NCBI GenBank assembly: GCA_964429015.1
Contig: CAYSAM010000004.1
Span: 1-57,350, forward strand
Length of the DNA: 57,350 nt
Origin: an uncultured Pseudomonadales bacterium
GTDB lineage: Bacteria > Patescibacteriota > Microgenomatia > UBA1400 > MFAQ01
Direction of reading: 5' to 3'
Shown here: positions 54,477 to 57,350 of the stretch, piece by piece
Position numbering within the stretch: position 1 is the stretch's first letter
Layout: each line of letters begins with the position of its first letter
The notes under the pieces: generated by a model
Seen by the model: the letters and a program-made list of their open reading frames with translations, nothing else
What the model was told of the DNA's origin: nothing
Databases searched by the model: none
Position numbers and translations under genes: made by a program

Positions 54477-55692
54477 AAGTAGTTTTAATAAAGCAGAATC
54501 CACTTTTGTCCATTTGGATATCAACTCTTGTTTTGCTACCTTAGAACAACAAGCCAACCCTCTTTTTCGAAACAAGCCTTTGGTGGTAACAGCCTACTCT
54601 GGTAGAAAAGGCTGTGTTTTGGCTAGCTCTAAAGAAGCGAAAAAATTAGGCATAAAAACTGGCATGAGGCTAGAGGTTGCTCAAAAAATCTATCCCAACT
54701 TAATAAGTATTGTTTCCGACCCCAATAAATATCGCTTTATTCATCTGCAAATAAAATCTCTTCTCTTGGAGTACACTCCTTCTGTTAACCCTAAGTCTAT
54801 TGACGAGTTTGTTTTAGACTTTTCTACTTTCAACTCAAAGGAAATAAGCAATCTCAAACAAACTTGTCAAACTATTAAAAACAGGATTAAGTCTGAAATA
54901 GGGGATTATGTTACTGTTTCGGTAGGATTGGGTCCCTCTGCCTTTCTTGCTAAAACCGCAAGCAATTTAAAAAAACCAGATGGCTTAGAGGAAATAAATT
55001 TTCAAAATTTCTTGGATGTTTACTCCAAACTAGAGCTAACAGATCTCACTGGTATAAATACCAAAACTGCCACCAGGCTAAATATCGTCGGTATTTATAC
55101 AGTTTTAGATCTTTACTACGCCGACATTACTCTTCTCAAAAAAGCCTTTCACTCCATTCTTGCCTCTTATTGGTATCAAAAAATTAGAGGCTACGACGCT
55201 GGTGTTTGGACAGACTCAGTAAAAAGTATAGGTCATACCTACACCTTGCCCAAAGCTAGTGCCACGGTAGGCGAAACTAAGCTCGTCTTGGCCAAGCTGG
55301 CTGAAAAGGTTTCCGTTCGCCTCAGGCACCAAGGCTTTGTGGCTCATGGCCTAAGTTTGGGGGTTAGGTTCCAAAACCAAACAAGCTGCCACAAAAGCCT
55401 CACAGTTCAAGAATCTCTCTTTGACTCTAGTACTATATATTGTTTGGCAGAAAAGGTACTAGACATCTTTCCACGTCTTCCTGTTCGTAATATTTACCTT
55501 ACTTGCTTTAATCTGACGGTATCAAGTTCTTTGCAGCTAGATTTGTGGGGGCAAACCACTAAAAAAGCTGATCTTAACCAGTGCCTAGATACGATAAAAG
55601 AAAAGTGGGGGAACTATGCCATTCACCCTGCTAGCATCCTAGGATCTCAAAACCACGCTCCAGACGCTATTGGCTTTGGAAACATCCCATAA
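54463..55692 (+). CDS. Y-family DNA polymerase (UmuC/ImuB-like N-terminal motif)
   Basis: FVHLDINSCFATLEQ (D-x-N as in UmuC rather than D-x-D of DinB), KSIDEFVLDF (SIDE catalytic motif), SVGLGPSAFLAKTASNLKKPDG. Confidence 0.88.
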   Translation: MVWLKSSFNKAESTFVHLDINSCFATLEQQANPLFRNKPLVVTAYSGRKGCVLASSKEAKKLGIKTGMRLEVAQKIYPNLISIVSDPNKYRFIHLQIKSLLLEYTPSVNPKSIDEFVLDFSTFNSKEISNLKQTCQTIKNRIKSEIGDYVTVSVGLGPSAFLAKTASNLKKPDGLEEINFQNFLDVYSKLELTDLTGINTKTATRLNIVGIYTVLDLYYADITLLKKAFHSILASYWYQKIRGYDAGVWTDSVKSIGHTYTLPKASATVGETKLVLAKLAEKVSVRLRHQGFVAHGLSLGVRFQNQTSCHKSLTVQESLFDSSTIYCLAEKVLDIFPRLPVRNIYLTCFNLTVSSSLQLDLWGQTTKKADLNQCLDTIKEKWGNYAIHPASILGSQNHAPDAIGFGNIP

Positions 55693-55695
55693 CAC

Positions 55696-55724
55696 TTGAC
55701 TTTGAAGCTATTTTGTGCTAAAAT
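55696..55724 (+). promoter_or_regulatory. Strong sigma70-type promoter (TTGACT-N17-TAAAAT)
   Basis: TTGACT at 55696-55701, 17-nt spacer, TAAAAT at 55719-55724. About 90-nt leader before GGAGGA and ATG 55819. Confidence 0.65.
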
Positions 55725-55818
55725 CCCCCCAATCGGTGAGCTAGATCTCACCAAAAAGGGCCTCTGGCCCATCGCACCCAAACCTTCTATGAAGGAAAAA
55801 ATCTAACCGGAGGATAGA

Positions 55819-56697
55819 ATGATAGTTTTGTTGAATTGGTATCTCGGACTTCCAAATTGGGCTATGTTTTTTATAGCCTTGGTAATTATCCTGCCAATAA
55901 CGATTATTTTGGCAAAAATTTTCAAAGGTGAGGAGCCAACCCCCCGTGCTCATAACCCAGCAGAACAGTCTTTGATTGACTCAGTATTCTTCGCCATCGG
56001 TCTAAAACAGGCTGGTGACGCAGGCAAAAAATGGGGAGAAGAGCAATACAAGAATAAAAAGACCTTGAGCCCCGTTATACTTGGCCCAATTGGGTTGGTG
56101 TTGACTGTATGTTTCGTCTTATTTCAGGGGGTAGGTAAATACACCTCTCAAGATGAAAAAACAGTTACAGAAGAGCATAGCTGTACAAGAGAAACGGCTC
56201 TTGGCTTATTCTATTTGGGGATTGGAGAAAAAATTCAAACTGGTGATATCTGCTACGGCAAAACTGTCGAAGCAACACCAACGCCAACTCAGATCCCAAC
56301 CCAAATCCCAACACCGATCCAAACTTTGACCATCCCAGAGAGTGTTGCTGAGGTTCAGCAACCCACCCCGGTGGCAGAAACAGACAAGTATCCAACCCTG
56401 ACAATCAAAAACAACGGACGGGTGGATGTGGGAATTTGGACAGATGTAGAAGAAGGTGTTATCAACAAGCTCGTGCTTGTTGAAACCAAAGAGTGCGATG
56501 CTCTCGGATTTTTTCTACAGCCCCAAGACTACCCCACTTTTGTTGTTCCGCAAGATGCCCAAGCCGTGTATCTTGTAGTCGACTACAAATTTGAGGATTG
56601 GTCAGACGGCGGGACGGTATTGGTTGTAGAGGGGGATCAAATTGTTTTTAAAGCTTGCGTAGAAGGCCAAGTTTTCAAGTTATACACTTGGCCTTAA
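55819..56697 (+). CDS. Membrane protein with Pro/Thr linker and beta-rich C-terminal domain, unknown function
   Basis: 292 aa. 3 hydrophobic segments, TPTPTQIPTQIPTPIQT linker. GGAGGA Shine-Dalgarno sequence upstream. Confidence 0.65.
   Translation: MIVLLNWYLGLPNWAMFFIALVIILPITIILAKIFKGEEPTPRAHNPAEQSLIDSVFFAIGLKQAGDAGKKWGEEQYKNKKTLSPVILGPIGLVLTVCFVLFQGVGKYTSQDEKTVTEEHSCTRETALGLFYLGIGEKIQTGDICYGKTVEATPTPTQIPTQIPTPIQTLTIPESVAEVQQPTPVAETDKYPTLTIKNNGRVDVGIWTDVEEGVINKLVLVETKECDALGFFLQPQDYPTFVVPQDAQAVYLVVDYKFEDWSDGGTVLVVEGDQIVFKACVEGQVFKLYTWP
56290..56325 (+). repeat. 12-bp tandem repeat x3 encoding (QIPT)n linker
   Basis: CAGATCCCAACC / CAAATCCCAACA / CCGATCCAAACT. Confidence 0.7.
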
Positions 56698-56702
56698 AAC
56701 CC

Positions 56703-56737
56703 AGACTCGAGTGAGAAATCACCCGAGTCTTTTTTTT
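56703..56737 (+). terminator. Rho-independent terminator
   Basis: AGACTCGAGT (56703-12), loop GAGAAATC, ACCCGAGTCT (56721-30), followed by a T run to 56737. Confidence 0.8.
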
Positions 56738-56749
56738 GCCAAAAAACTA

Positions 56750-56858
56750 CGTCACTGCGAGTTTTGGTACTCCAAACCGAAGCAATCTCCGACTCGCTAG
56801 ATTTCAGCACCCCCGGAGATTGCTTTGGTTTTCGCTTCGCTCAAATCGCGCAATGACG
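56750..56858. repeat. Full-length palindromic REP/MITE-like element (about 109 bp)
   Basis: Terminal inverted repeats CGTCACTGCGAG / CGCGCAATGACG. Inner inverted repeats CCGAAGCAATCTCC / GGAGATTGCTTTGG (13/14 complementary). Sub-hairpin TTTGG-TACT-CCAAA. 24-nt centre. Confidence 0.7.
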
Positions 56859-56859
56859 A

Positions 56860-57243
56860 TTAATGCCCTGCCTCTTCTGCGGCCATAGCTTCAGCTTTGG
56901 TGGCATGAATAGTGCCTTCTGGATGATTAGCTGGGGAATATATGGTGTAAAGCTTTAATTTATCTGTTGTCGAAGTATTAATTATGTTGTGGTTAGTGCC
57001 AGCGGGGATAATAAGAACATCATCAGCAGCAAAAAAAGTTTCTTCACCATTTAAAACAGCTTTTCCTTCACCTATCTCAAACCGAAAAAACTGATCAACG
57101 TGCTCGTGCACTTCCATACCAATTTCTTCACCAGGGAGTAGCGACATAACTACTAGCTGAGAAAACTTACCAGTGTAAAGTACTTTTCTAAAATTCTCAT
57201 TTTTAATTGTTTCGTCCTCAATGTGAGCAAAATATCCTGTCAT
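56860..57243 (-). CDS. Cupin-domain protein
   Basis: 127 aa. GEEIGMEVHEHVDQFF...IIPAGTNHNIIN (cupin motifs 1 and 2). Confidence 0.85.
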   Translation of the reverse strand: MTGYFAHIEDETIKNENFRKVLYTGKFSQLVVMSLLPGEEIGMEVHEHVDQFFRFEIGEGKAVLNGEETFFAADDVLIIPAGTNHNIINTSTTDKLKLYTIYSPANHPEGTIHATKAEAMAAEEAGH

Positions 57244-57262
57244 TTTTTATTTATTTAATTAT

Positions 57263-57308
57263 TAAACACCCTCATCTTACTCCTAAACACCATCATCTTC
57301 ATCATCTT
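57263..57308. promoter_or_regulatory. Two 17-bp direct repeats (TAAACACCnTCATCTT) 21 bp apart, upstream of the cupin gene
   Basis: 57263-57279 and 57284-57300 are identical at 16/17 positions. An extra ATCATCTT lies at 57301-57308. The repeats sit 20-57 nt upstream of the minus-strand ATG at 57243. Confidence 0.55.
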
Positions 57309-57350
57309 GAATCCAAGTCATATATTCACTCATGATAAGGTTAGCTGGGA

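Noticed and set aside
55731-55818. preQ1-I or another known small riboswitch in the leader of gene 55819.
   Set aside because: The hairpin plus A-tract is superficially similar, but the loop is only 6 nt. The conserved preQ1 loop/tail pairing is absent, and the downstream gene is not a queuosine or transport gene.
1-57350. Alternative genetic code (UGA recoded, as in some CPR lineages).
   Set aside because: Many well-defined genes end at TGA at the expected length (for example 792-1805), with ATGA overlaps to the next gene. Reading through TGA would fuse unrelated domains.
57283-57350. Minus-strand 16-aa ORF (MSEYMTWIQDDEDDGV, 57333-57283) and the last 7 codons of a minus-strand gene ending at 57330.
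   Set aside because: Too short to support. The 16-aa ORF coincides with the direct-repeat region, which I think more likely to be regulatory DNA. The partial gene cannot be identified from 7 codons.

Overview
AT-rich, very densely packed bacterial window. It reads with the standard genetic code: genes end at TGA/TAA/TAG at sensible lengths, and many neighbours share ATGA or TAATG start-stop overlaps. There are three blocks. (i) nt 1 to ~41.7 kb is an almost uninterrupted glycan/glycoconjugate-assembly super-cluster of about 38 genes. It holds 6 GT2, 9 GT4-type, 6 polytopic GT-C-like proteins plus one polytopic IPT-domain protein, 2 MOP/Wzx flippases, a Wzy/O-antigen-ligase-like protein, 4 SAM methyltransferases, an LbH acetyltransferase, Gmd + SDR, ManC, a small phosphoglycosyl transferase, DUF4012, and a ferredoxin + B12-binding radical SAM pair. 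(ii) recO and a lipoprotein. (iii) nt 43.2-53.4 kb is a compact dcw cluster, mraZ-rsmH-ftsL-ftsI-dgkA-mraY-ftsW-murG-ftsQ-ftsA-ftsZ, with no Mur ligases. It is followed by a DUF4342 protein, a Flp-type pilin-like protein, a small ORF coupled to a UmuC-like Y-family polymerase, a PT-linker membrane protein and a cupin. I recognised no rRNA, tRNA, CRISPR array, transposase or integrase. The non-coding layer includes a palindromic REP/MITE-like repeat family: a full copy at 56750-56858, a copy inserted in frame inside a GT-C gene at 19096-19174, and short or half copies at 6277-6315 and 54172-54196. It also includes a 10-bp tandem repeat and an ATCTA microsatellite around the same GT-C gene, candidate MraZ boxes, several -10 boxes placed 5-8 nt from start codons (possible leaderless mRNAs), and two clear rho-independent terminators. 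Gene content, repeats and compactness fit a Patescibacteria/CPR (Microgenomates-like) genome; that assignment is inference, not something I could verify here.
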